Shown piece after piece: positions 48,705 to 57,517 of a stretch of 64,000 nucleotides of DNA (position 1 is the first letter of the stretch; each line of letters opens with the position of its first letter). A program made the position numbers and the translations under genes. The stretch is from Rhodothermales bacterium (lineage in GTDB: Bacteria; Bacteroidota; Rhodothermia; Rhodothermales; Bin80): positions 2,176,619-2,240,618 of the forward strand of contig OZ244061.1 of NCBI GenBank assembly GCA_965215475.1, given 5' to 3'. The notes under the pieces are model-generated. The model was not told the origin of the DNA. It made no database searches and saw nothing but the letters and a program-made list of their open reading frames with translations.

Positions 48705-49486
48705 GAGTGCTTAATGATTACTGAGGAGCTGTTTCCAACAAGATAATTCCCTCGAGTCAATAATTGGCATCAAGTTCCAGATGATCATTATTTCATGGAG
48801 TTTCAGTATACCTTCCTTCATAGAAATACTTCGCTTTGAAACGAGGCACATATTTTGCCAACAAGTACTTACGTGCCATCAAGAGCAAGCGTAGAAATTA
48901 GAGTATATGCTGAGAATCTTACGGGAATGAAAATTATGGACACTATGATTTTTTTCACTGCTCAGTTCAGCTTTGAAAATACAAGATCCTGACGAGTACA
49001 CCACCATCGTCTGCATTTATCCGGTTGGCAGAATGGTAGTTCATAAATAATTTTGAGGATTGGTTCTGGAAGTAGGCACTTTGGATGAAATGCAGTCAGA
49101 AGTGTTCTATATTAGGGCCGGTATTCCTGTGGGACAATCATGGATTGATGGACTTAGAGAGAGCCAATGTAACGCTGCGCCGGTCATTTCATGAGGTACT
49201 ATCTAGAGACACAGATCTGATACATCATCCAGCATCTTTGCATAAAGTAATAGACTCTTATTTTGCTGTGGGAAGATAGATTATATGTTCAGATGACCAC
49301 CTATGCAGGGCAAATATTCGACTACTGGAGGGAGGGGGGATATTTGGAAAATGAAGGATTAAAGCTGAGATGAAACTCCCGACGGAACCATGCTATTCAG
49401 GTATCAAGATAGCGTAAGAGTGATGGGGCCAGCGAAGATAAAAGTTGCTACTAACTTCAGGCTATTCCTTGCACAGAAACTCTCTC

Positions 49487-52400
49487 CTAAGGCATGCCAT
49501 TCTCGCATTCAATCGCCATCCAACATAGAAGCTTAATATCATCTATGTCTATGAGGGGTAGGGCAGGCGGGGGTTGACTTCGCTCTATACCTGTGTTCAT
49601 GACATATTCTACGAGATCATTTGACAGAGAGTATTTCTCCGATTGTTGCAGATCTTCTCTGGACTTGAAAAGAGTGCGGAGCTCATTCTGCTCACGGCGT
49701 GGCCAAGGTGATTCCAGAATGTCAAGAGCATCTCTTGTGAGATCCGACTCTATTTCTCGTGGAGGATATTCACGAATAAATTCAGCAACCTGATGATTTA
49801 TCCGATCTACTTTGGGTTGTAGGTTTGCCGGATCTGTCTCGTGCATCCAGTGTGCCATAATATGGGACTGAGCATCATCCCAGAAATCGTAGACATGCTC
49901 ATGAAGATTGTCTGGATACCAAGTTGAAGTAGTTTCGTCACATTCAATTATGCGCAGGCAGGTTCCCAGTTCATGGATGATGGATTCTTTCCCACCAGTC
50001 GGTTTCCAGTCAGAGTCCGCAGGGACGAAGCGCAGATAGGTTCGTTCATAATCTGAATCATGTCCAACGACTGCACAGAAAAACAATCCGCGCTGATTCC
50101 CTTTTCGCATGCCCGAACCAGCTTTCCAAGGTAACGTTTCAATTTTCTTCCCCAGTTCTTTATGAGCTTTACGGAGTGTCTGCCTGTATTCTTCGCCGGT
50201 CTGGGCAGCCGCAACGGTTCCTCCACGCTCGAAAAGGGACGGATCTTCTCGTAGGAGCTTTTCAATTTCCTGGCGTGTTTCGGTGAAAACCTGATCCCCA
50301 TGTGCACCTTCTTTGAGAGGTGCTGAAACCCCAACGCTGGCTGCCGCCATGGCCAGTTTTCCGAGAATCCGTGATTCCAGATTCAGAAGCTCATCAAGCC
50401 GGTCAGCCGGGAAGATGGTTCGTAGGAATACCCGTTTGTGTTGGCTGTTGATTCGGTCAATGCGTCCGTGTCGCTGTACCAGTCGCATCGGGTTCCATGG
50501 AACGTCATAGTTGATGATGTGGCGGCATTGTTGCAGGTTTACCCCTTCGGCTAGGATGTCTGTCGTAATCAGGATATCGTACCGATCTGTATCTGAACCA
50601 GATCGTGCTTGCATGGAGACGGGAGCAAACCCTAAAACGGCTTTGTTCTTGGAAACTCCACCAAATTCTCGAGAGCCGCTGACTGCGGCGAGACGGCCTT
50701 GGTATGGAGAAAGTTCTGGGCGTTTTTTGAGTTCCTGTTTCAGGAAATCCCAAATCCACTTAACGGTATCTGCAAAGGAGGAGAAAATCAGAACTTTTCG
50801 CTTCTGGGCTTCGTCAATGGCATCGGATGCTTCGTATTCGGCCTGTGTCGCGATTTCAATGAGTTCATCTGACAATGACCTGAGTTTGGCATCACCTTGA
50901 TTGGATATGGATGCCGCGGAGTCTTCTAAACTTTGAAGCAGGTCTCGGTCGCGTGACACATGTCTTTTTAGGAGCGTAGTGTCAAAGGCTCTGGCGTCTG
51001 CAATCTCTTCAGAATGTTTTTTCAAAAGATCTTCAAAGATAATTTCGTCGTCTCCTGAAACTTCCTGATCTTTCAGGAAAGCTGTCGTCACAACATGCCC
51101 TTTCTCTAGAGCTTCAAGAAACTGGTCATGCTGCCGAACCATTTTTCGTATGGTTTCTCTAAAGGCAAAGCAGGAAGACTCAAATCGTTTCAGTAATCCA
51201 GAACGTAGTAGCCCCGTCATGGCTCGCATGCGGCCATTTTCTTCCTGATCTAGGGGTTCAATCCGATATGAATCTGGCATGTAGCGAGCGAAGCGGATGT
51301 TACGGTTTCCATCGGGATCAAGTGTTTTCTCTAGTTGGTCAAAAAATCCAGGCAATTGATGCTCCAATGCGTAGCGAACTGTGATAGCTTCGGGTTTGGG
51401 AAAAACGATAGCTCTTCGAGTTCCATCGGATCCTTTGATGGTATCATTGGGATAATGTTTTTTTACAAATTGGCGTGTCCGTTTGACTGTGGTTGCATCA
51501 ATGATCGGATAGAGTATATCGGGGCTAAGGTTTGTAGGATTCGTTCGCATGGCTTCCATAAAACGTTGCCGGATTGACAGGATTCCCCGGTCCGCGAGAT
51601 GTGCATCCTGTCGTACAAAGAAGTGGATTAGGTAATAGAGATCCCAGAGCGAATTGTTGACCGGAGTTGCTGTGAGCAGGAGGAGATCTCGTTTTTGACC
51701 AAATAGCAGGCGACGCAGAACCGCAGCTCGGGTTGGAGTATTAGGGTTGCGGTAATTATGAGCTTCGTCAATGATGACGAGTTGGTATTCTTTCAGCGGC
51801 TGTTGCAGATGCTCCTTGGCCGCCTTCGGGCGCTGTTGGTCGCGTAGTTGTTGATCATTTGCTAACTCTTCAAAGGACATACACTCTATGGCCCGAGATA
51901 TTCCATATTCATTTAGAAATTGCTTCCATGTAGTGTCACGTAGGGCAGCAGGGCATATCAATAGTGCACGTTGGCGTTGAGCGCTATAAATTTGCAAGAT
52001 TTCTCCGGCAATGAAGGTTTTACCAAGTCCAACCTCGTCGGCTACAATTGCCCCACCTCTTTCCCGGATCAGGCGGCGTGCACGGGCAACACCATGTTTC
52101 TGAAAGGTTGTTAGCGGAAGGTTTTTGTCCTCTTGAATTTCTTCCTCCATCTCTTTGCCGTAGAGTTGCCATAGCACTCGAAGGAAAATGATCCATGGTG
52201 CTTGCATCTCAAAAACTACCTCATAGATCTCCGCCAGATTGTAGGGTTCCGCCTCCTCCCAAAGATCATCAAACCATTCTTTGGCTTCATGGAGAATCGT
52301 AGGATCAGGGCAACCCAAATTCAACTCTAGATTTTCCGTGAGTCCAGCCTGGGTCAAGTTTGACGAGCCGGCAATGATACCCCCATTTTCATGGGAACTA

Positions 52401-52855
52401 TGGATATAAGCCTTAGCGTGCAGAAAGGATTTTGTATATCTCCGGACTTGCATATTGCCGCGACGGAGGATAGTGATCAGTGCTTCCAGTGCTACACGAC
52501 TGGTTTGAGTGAAGGGTAATTGATCTCGATCATATGCGAGGTTTTTTGCCTGATTATTCCAAGCTGCATGGATGCGCCGTTTTTGGTGGTCTATGGAAGT
52601 TTCGTTGAGTCGTTTTGGGTCGGGAATGGGAAGGCCGCTCGGCTCGGCTCCAAGCAATAGCCGAACATTGGGGATGTCTTTAAGCTGATCGGCAATGTAT
52701 CTGAACCCTGCTGGACTGAAAAAGGCCGTAGCAATTCGAAGTTGATCGGGAGCCTGATCTGCGTGCTCGGAATCAGAGCTTTGTAGAGTTTCCGTCAGTA
52801 CCCGGGCAAGTGTATTCCCCTTTTGATTATCGATAAAGGCGGTTTCTTTGTTCAT
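49487..52855 (-). CDS. PLD-family nuclease domain fused to SNF2-family helicase/translocase (1122 aa)
   Basis: N-terminal PLD HKD motif SFLHAKAYI...IIAGSSNLTQAGL. SNF2 motifs I ADEVGLGKT, II IIDEAHNYRN, III LLLTATPVNN, V/VI ILITTDILAEGVNLQ and LVQRHGRIDRI, plus a roughly 280-aa C-terminal extension. I place the start at ATG 52855 (MNKETAF), which overlaps the upstream gene's TGA. Confidence 0.88.
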   Translation of the reverse strand: MNKETAFIDNQKGNTLARVLTETLQSSDSEHADQAPDQLRIATAFFSPAGFRYIADQLKDIPNVRLLLGAEPSGLPIPDPKRLNETSIDHQKRRIHAAWNNQAKNLAYDRDQLPFTQTSRVALEALITILRRGNMQVRRYTKSFLHAKAYIHSSHENGGIIAGSSNLTQAGLTENLELNLGCPDPTILHEAKEWFDDLWEEAEPYNLAEIYEVVFEMQAPWIIFLRVLWQLYGKEMEEEIQEDKNLPLTTFQKHGVARARRLIRERGGAIVADEVGLGKTFIAGEILQIYSAQRQRALLICPAALRDTTWKQFLNEYGISRAIECMSFEELANDQQLRDQQRPKAAKEHLQQPLKEYQLVIIDEAHNYRNPNTPTRAAVLRRLLFGQKRDLLLLTATPVNNSLWDLYYLIHFFVRQDAHLADRGILSIRQRFMEAMRTNPTNLSPDILYPIIDATTVKRTRQFVKKHYPNDTIKGSDGTRRAIVFPKPEAITVRYALEHQLPGFFDQLEKTLDPDGNRNIRFARYMPDSYRIEPLDQEENGRMRAMTGLLRSGLLKRFESSCFAFRETIRKMVRQHDQFLEALEKGHVVTTAFLKDQEVSGDDEIIFEDLLKKHSEEIADARAFDTTLLKRHVSRDRDLLQSLEDSAASISNQGDAKLRSLSDELIEIATQAEYEASDAIDEAQKRKVLIFSSFADTVKWIWDFLKQELKKRPELSPYQGRLAAVSGSREFGGVSKNKAVLGFAPVSMQARSGSDTDRYDILITTDILAEGVNLQQCRHIINYDVPWNPMRLVQRHGRIDRINSQHKRVFLRTIFPADRLDELLNLESRILGKLAMAAASVGVSAPLKEGAHGDQVFTETRQEIEKLLREDPSLFERGGTVAAAQTGEEYRQTLRKAHKELGKKIETLPWKAGSGMRKGNQRGLFFCAVVGHDSDYERTYLRFVPADSDWKPTGGKESIIHELGTCLRIIECDETTSTWYPDNLHEHVYDFWDDAQSHIMAHWMHETDPANLQPKVDRINHQVAEFIREYPPREIESDLTRDALDILESPWPRREQNELRTLFKSREDLQQSEKYSLSNDLVEYVMNTGIERSQPPPALPLIDIDDIKLLCWMAIECENGMP

Positions 52856-53208
52856 TCTACAGGATCCAGTACAAAGCGGGCGTTTTCTTGGTACCAATTC
52901 TGGCGTCTCTGGCACAGGTATACCGTACCTAACAGGTTAGCACTGGGCTTTGAAATTTTATGTTCTCCCATTGTCCATAAATCTTGGATAGGCAACCTAT
53001 CTTCCATTGGTTTTGACAGGAAAAGAGAGCCAATGGGAGCATGCGTGAAATTGGCAAAAGCCTTCATTTGCCTGAGTGTGGGCACTTTCTCACCGCTTTC
53101 CCAATCGTCATATGTAGGAAAGCGTTTACGCAGTTTTTCCGGGTTGACTTGACCATGCTCGCATGCCCAGCGAAGCAATTCGGGGTTTACGTCTATGCAT
53201 GGGGTCAT
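52852..53208 (-). CDS. XRE-type HTH protein resembling the N-terminal half of HTH-ImmA/IrrE (COG2856-type) proteins; peptidase part absent
   Basis: MTPCIDVNPELLRWACEHGQVNPEKLRKRFPTYDDWESGEKVPTLRQMKAFANFTHAPIGSLFLSKPMEDRLPIQDLWT... matches, from memory, the pattern (inpe.L.WAR...g.s.e.la......v..WE.G...PT..Ql..lA....vP.g.lFL..P.....pi.DfR). It ends after 118 aa with no HExxH region. ATGA overlaps at both ends (53205-53208 and 52852-52855). Confidence 0.65.
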   Translation of the reverse strand: MTPCIDVNPELLRWACEHGQVNPEKLRKRFPTYDDWESGEKVPTLRQMKAFANFTHAPIGSLFLSKPMEDRLPIQDLWTMGEHKISKPSANLLGTVYLCQRRQNWYQENARFVLDPVE

Positions 53209-56200
53209 TGCCTTTTTCTCCATTTTTGATAATGACGAAGTACGCCCGAGAGACGAACTCCATAATCCCAGCCTTCGCGGAAGGTTTCGAAGATGTGGAC
53301 GAGTTGCGATTCGCTGAGCTCATACAGATGCGCGACCACGGCATCCAGTTCATGAATATGATCTTCTTTTTCAGCTTCATCCAAGGGGCCGTAGGCAACT
53401 TCAACCTTGTTAGCCCACTTGGCAAAGCGATCATCTGGGCAGGCGAGTCGCGCGGCAAGCTCAACGGTACGTTTCCATAGTGGACTTTTTCGCGAAGAGC
53501 GGGGGATAGGAAATGGATTTATCACGAAATAAGAGAGGCTAATTTCGACAAAGCGACGTGCATACCAATCCAATGGGATTGACGAAAGAATCCCGAGGAG
53601 AAAAGCTTGATCTTTTTCATCTCCACGAGGCCAGAGAAAATACGGCCCCTTAGCAGTTATGAATACATTTGGCGGTATAAGGCAGGTGATAACGGTCCGT
53701 TGATCCGTAGCACGTGCAACATCCCTGAACGCTATTCGTGCTCGGTAGCAGGGTAAGGTTGCACGGTTTAATCGATACTCTAGGGGAAATTCCGAGTGTA
53801 CACTACGGTGGTTTTTTCCCCCTCTCTGACGCTTGGATTGTAGAAAATCTAGGACAGGCTCAGGATCCGCCCATGCGTAGTACGTACCCGTATCGGGTGT
53901 CCAGAGATCGAAAGATGCTCCCTTATATACGGGCCAGAAACCATCGGGGCGTTTTTCATTTTCCAAATCCATAAGATATTTCTGAAACGTGGGATCTAGC
54001 TCGCGGTCTGGGCGTGCTCGCCACCCCCCCCCCACATCATTATCATATATTTTCAGGTCCAGCCTAGGAGACTTACGAAGCTGGGCAAATACCTGAACCG
54101 AATCTGATTTCGGCAAGAGAGGAAGGGAAACCGTGTCGTTCCAGTTGTTGATCTCTTCAAGGGAAAAGACTTGAGGATTCTTGGTTGTTTTTGTCCCAAA
54201 GTCAGCCAATGAATTATAGGGGCCTCTCAGTGAGATTGCTTTTCCCGCGGGTTTCCCATGTTGTGCACATAAGAGGACAATAGTATATTGTGGAGTTACT
54301 TCGTCAAATACCCATCCTCTACGATTTTTCAATGTGGTGACTTCCACATCTGACGCTTGGGCAAACAATGCTTTCCGAAAGTGTTCTGATCCCTTGGCAG
54401 AAAATGCATTTCGTGGTAGTACGACCCCGATGTATCCACCATGTTCACACGTGAGCCTCCAGAAACGCCAGCAAAACGCCTTATAGAGATCAGGGTCTCC
54501 CGTACCGATTCCGGGGAAATCACCACTGACGAGAACTTTCCGTAATGTGTACGTTTCTTTAATTTCACGCTCATAAAGTACAACCAAATCAGGGCGCTCG
54601 TTTCGTAGACTCTCCTTTTCGGCTTCTTGTTCGCGCTGAGGTTTCCCACGTAATCCCGGAAAGTGTCGCCCCCAGAAAGCATCTTGTTCTATTTTAATTT
54701 TTTCCCAAGGGGGATTGCCAAGGATTACATCAAACCCCGCACGTGGGCGCAGAAATACCTCAGGGAAGGCAATCGGAAAATGAACCGCAGAGAGGGAACC
54801 CAAATCTTGGCGGGTGACATCAAGGGCTTCCTGCATCTTCGGGGTTTCCAAGTCGAGCGAATCAGAAAGTTCTTCCCACTCGTCAAGAATTTCTCTGATA
54901 ACTGGGTTATTGCTAATCGGTGCAGCAGTCAAGAGGTCACAGAATATTTCCGTGCTTTGAAGTGCAATACGAATATCATCCTGCGCGGTGCGTGCTTTCT
55001 CAACATCCTCCAGAGAGGAATCATTACTGTTCGCGAGGCGCCGAAGAGGCTTTTCCGCTTTTCCAAGCAGCCTCTGGGAGTCAAGATTAAATAATGGAAT
55101 AGAAAGCTCCTGGAACTTATTCCGCAACTCGGCAATGCTTCCTACGCCAACCAGTGCATTCCCCTGAATCAGTGTTCGGTCAAGAAAAGAAAGAGGTAAT
55201 CCGGGGACGAACGTGTGAATCCAAACGGCAAGTCGTGCAAGTTGAACAGCAAGCGAGTTGATGTCCACCCCGTAAATACACCGCCGGGCGATGAGGCGCC
55301 GAAGGAGTTGACTATCTTCAATGGGATCATCTTTGCTGGTCTCACTCAGATTTTCCTTTGCAACAGATCTCAGTTCCGCCAACTCATTCATGATGCCAGG
55401 TAGGTTGCGTCCAGCAAGATAGTCCGCCATCTGTTGCTCCATGAGATCAATGGCACTGATCAGAAAATGTGCAGAACCCATCGCAATGTCTGCCACACGG
55501 AAATCAAAGAATGCTTCATCGGCATCGGTATCATCCAACGCGTCGAGCCTCTCAAAATGATCTTTTAAAGCAGACTTCAAGGCTCCATCTAATAGATGAT
55601 CCACAGCAAAGGCTTTTGTGTAATAACTGCCAGAAGATTTCCGTGCTCCAGACTGGTTGTGCAGATAGACATCTCCCGCAGAGACAGCCGGGGTCTGTCC
55701 TTCTTTGGCGGGCACGTACACGTCATCACCGTTCTTTTGTCTTTTCAGCACAAGATCCATGTCCGCCTTTGCTAACCCAGATTCAAGGAGACCTTCATAG
55801 ATGGTGCCAAATTCACGCACCCCGAGCGAGCGAAAATCAACAGCTCCCAGACCTTCAGGAGTCTGAGTCACCAGCAGATCGCGAAGAGCGACTTCAAAGC
55901 AGTCATTGGGTAGCGTAATCTCTGACAGTGCGGCACCTGCTTTGGAAATCTCTGCATCATCTAGGAACAGGGCCCCGCCATATGCCGGCACATCCCATTC
56001 AACATTTCCCCGTGCGATGGCCTGCCAAAGATCCATGGTCTCCCGCCAGTGTGTGGCCCCCTCGGCGATCTGAGTTTGCTCTCTTTTGGCTTCTGCCAGT
56101 TCCCGTGCTTTCATTTTCAGGGAGCGGCGTTGATACGCACTGTTATTTTGATAGGGGAGTAGATCCCGATCTTCCGCATACGCAATGAACAGGAGACGAA

Positions 56201-57269
56201 ACAGAACAATCAGAGCCATCTCGTAGGTCAAGGCAAGTTCGTCAGGATCAGGATCAGCGATTCCGCGTGCTTGTACGATTCCTTGCGCCAGAGTGGGGAC
56301 GACATCTTCGTAAATACGTTCTCTTAGGCGTTTGGCGAGATCGCCGGCAAAGCGTGTAGATCCTTCCAAGAGCTCATACAGACTCCCACCAGATGCCAGT
56401 GCCTCGGCCGAATAGAGGAGCCATAGATAATGCAGCTGCTCATCAGAAAGAAGCCAAGGCTGGCATTCAATGTAGGTCTCGGTACGACCACGACGACCTA
56501 CACCCACATTGATATCTGTTGCATAAAGACGAATCCGATTTTCTTGGGTAAAGAGGATCCATTTCAGGTTCTTACTATCTGCCTTTCTGAATGCATAGCT
56601 AACCGGAGAAAGAAGGTTAAAGCGTTGCTCTTTGTTTTCCACCGACTCTCCTTCATGTAGCATCACAGCGAGTGCCGTATCCCGGTCATTACTTCTCAGT
56701 ACGCTTGTCAGGTTGTCTAGCGGTTCAATAGAAAATCCGAGAGCTTCCAATAGAGCTTCCCCTTGAAGCCCGATTGCGACCTGTGCCTTTCTTCTGGCAC
56801 GTTGGAGGTCTGCTCGTTGTGGTACGCCGTACTCCAGTTCATGTAAGGCCAATAATCCTTCATTTCTGAGTCCAGGTAGCTTTGTCTTGAATGAGGGTAG
56901 TGTTTGGGATAGAATACGAAGTGCCGCATGCCGGTCGGGTTGGTCCAACAGTTCACGACATAGCCGCTCGACTTGTCCAAGGTTCCTATCAGGATAGATG
57001 GGTGGCTCCTCACCGGTAGCACCACACAAGGATGCTTTATCCGAACGGAGGATGACTAGGATCAGAGGAGCTGCTCGATTTCCTTTACGATCTCTCCATA
57101 TTTTACGTATCTCCCCATCACTCGGGTTTTTCAGTGCATGTGCAACGACTACCTCCATGGCGTGAGTACCCTCACCAATGAAGAGGCCAATCGGTTGGAG
57201 GCCAGAACTCACGATTGGTGACCAAGGCAATCGGTTTCGGTCGGAAAGAAACTCTATGTTCTCCTGCAT
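53205..57269 (-). CDS. large gamma-class N6-adenine DNA methyltransferase with Eco57I/PglX-like core, C-terminal TRD-like region and N-terminal degenerate nuclease-like module (1354 aa)
   Basis: GSYYTKAFAVDHLL (motif X-like), VADIAMGSAHFLISA (motif I-like), IYGVDINSLAVQLARLAVWIH...LIQGNALVG, VILGNPPWEKIK (motif IV NPPW), DLYKAFCWRFWRL...GGYIGVVLPRN. About 500 aa follow motif IV, including DQRTVITCLIPP...LLGILSSIPLDWYARR, as in type IIG/IIL enzymes. ATG at 57269; the tracked ORF starts at TTG 57287. Confidence 0.85.
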   Translation of the reverse strand: MQENIEFLSDRNRLPWSPIVSSGLQPIGLFIGEGTHAMEVVVAHALKNPSDGEIRKIWRDRKGNRAAPLILVILRSDKASLCGATGEEPPIYPDRNLGQVERLCRELLDQPDRHAALRILSQTLPSFKTKLPGLRNEGLLALHELEYGVPQRADLQRARRKAQVAIGLQGEALLEALGFSIEPLDNLTSVLRSNDRDTALAVMLHEGESVENKEQRFNLLSPVSYAFRKADSKNLKWILFTQENRIRLYATDINVGVGRRGRTETYIECQPWLLSDEQLHYLWLLYSAEALASGGSLYELLEGSTRFAGDLAKRLRERIYEDVVPTLAQGIVQARGIADPDPDELALTYEMALIVLFRLLFIAYAEDRDLLPYQNNSAYQRRSLKMKARELAEAKREQTQIAEGATHWRETMDLWQAIARGNVEWDVPAYGGALFLDDAEISKAGAALSEITLPNDCFEVALRDLLVTQTPEGLGAVDFRSLGVREFGTIYEGLLESGLAKADMDLVLKRQKNGDDVYVPAKEGQTPAVSAGDVYLHNQSGARKSSGSYYTKAFAVDHLLDGALKSALKDHFERLDALDDTDADEAFFDFRVADIAMGSAHFLISAIDLMEQQMADYLAGRNLPGIMNELAELRSVAKENLSETSKDDPIEDSQLLRRLIARRCIYGVDINSLAVQLARLAVWIHTFVPGLPLSFLDRTLIQGNALVGVGSIAELRNKFQELSIPLFNLDSQRLLGKAEKPLRRLANSNDSSLEDVEKARTAQDDIRIALQSTEIFCDLLTAAPISNNPVIREILDEWEELSDSLDLETPKMQEALDVTRQDLGSLSAVHFPIAFPEVFLRPRAGFDVILGNPPWEKIKIEQDAFWGRHFPGLRGKPQREQEAEKESLRNERPDLVVLYEREIKETYTLRKVLVSGDFPGIGTGDPDLYKAFCWRFWRLTCEHGGYIGVVLPRNAFSAKGSEHFRKALFAQASDVEVTTLKNRRGWVFDEVTPQYTIVLLCAQHGKPAGKAISLRGPYNSLADFGTKTTKNPQVFSLEEINNWNDTVSLPLLPKSDSVQVFAQLRKSPRLDLKIYDNDVGGGWRARPDRELDPTFQKYLMDLENEKRPDGFWPVYKGASFDLWTPDTGTYYAWADPEPVLDFLQSKRQRGGKNHRSVHSEFPLEYRLNRATLPCYRARIAFRDVARATDQRTVITCLIPPNVFITAKGPYFLWPRGDEKDQAFLLGILSSIPLDWYARRFVEISLSYFVINPFPIPRSSRKSPLWKRTVELAARLACPDDRFAKWANKVEVAYGPLDEAEKEDHIHELDAVVAHLYELSESQLVHIFETFREGWDYGVRLSGVLRHYQKWRKRQ

Positions 57270-57517
57270 GATGATCTCAAAGAGCAAATGGGTTTATGGA
57301 TGTTTTGATGACACTAGATTCTACAATGTTTCGGGTAGCTAATATAGGGATACTATAAGATTCCTCAAGATTTTTATTCATATCCGTCATGATATCGTGT
57401 TCAGCGATAATATATTTTAACTTGTAGGTTTTTTCTCAACGCAGTGTATGGCGATTCTGCTGGAAGTGGGACAGTCAAAGTGGAATTCCGGAACCTTCGA
57501 AGCCGTAACTATGTCCA

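Noticed and set aside
48705-49486. Scanned the large gap for tRNA, tmRNA, RNase P RNA or SRP RNA signatures. The gaps 41358-41840, 18221-18432 and 58688-58932 were scanned the same way.
   Set aside because: No GGTTCGAATCC-type T-arms, no RNase P GAGGAAAGTCC block, and no tmRNA tag or acceptor end were seen. An ncRNA cannot be excluded without Infernal.
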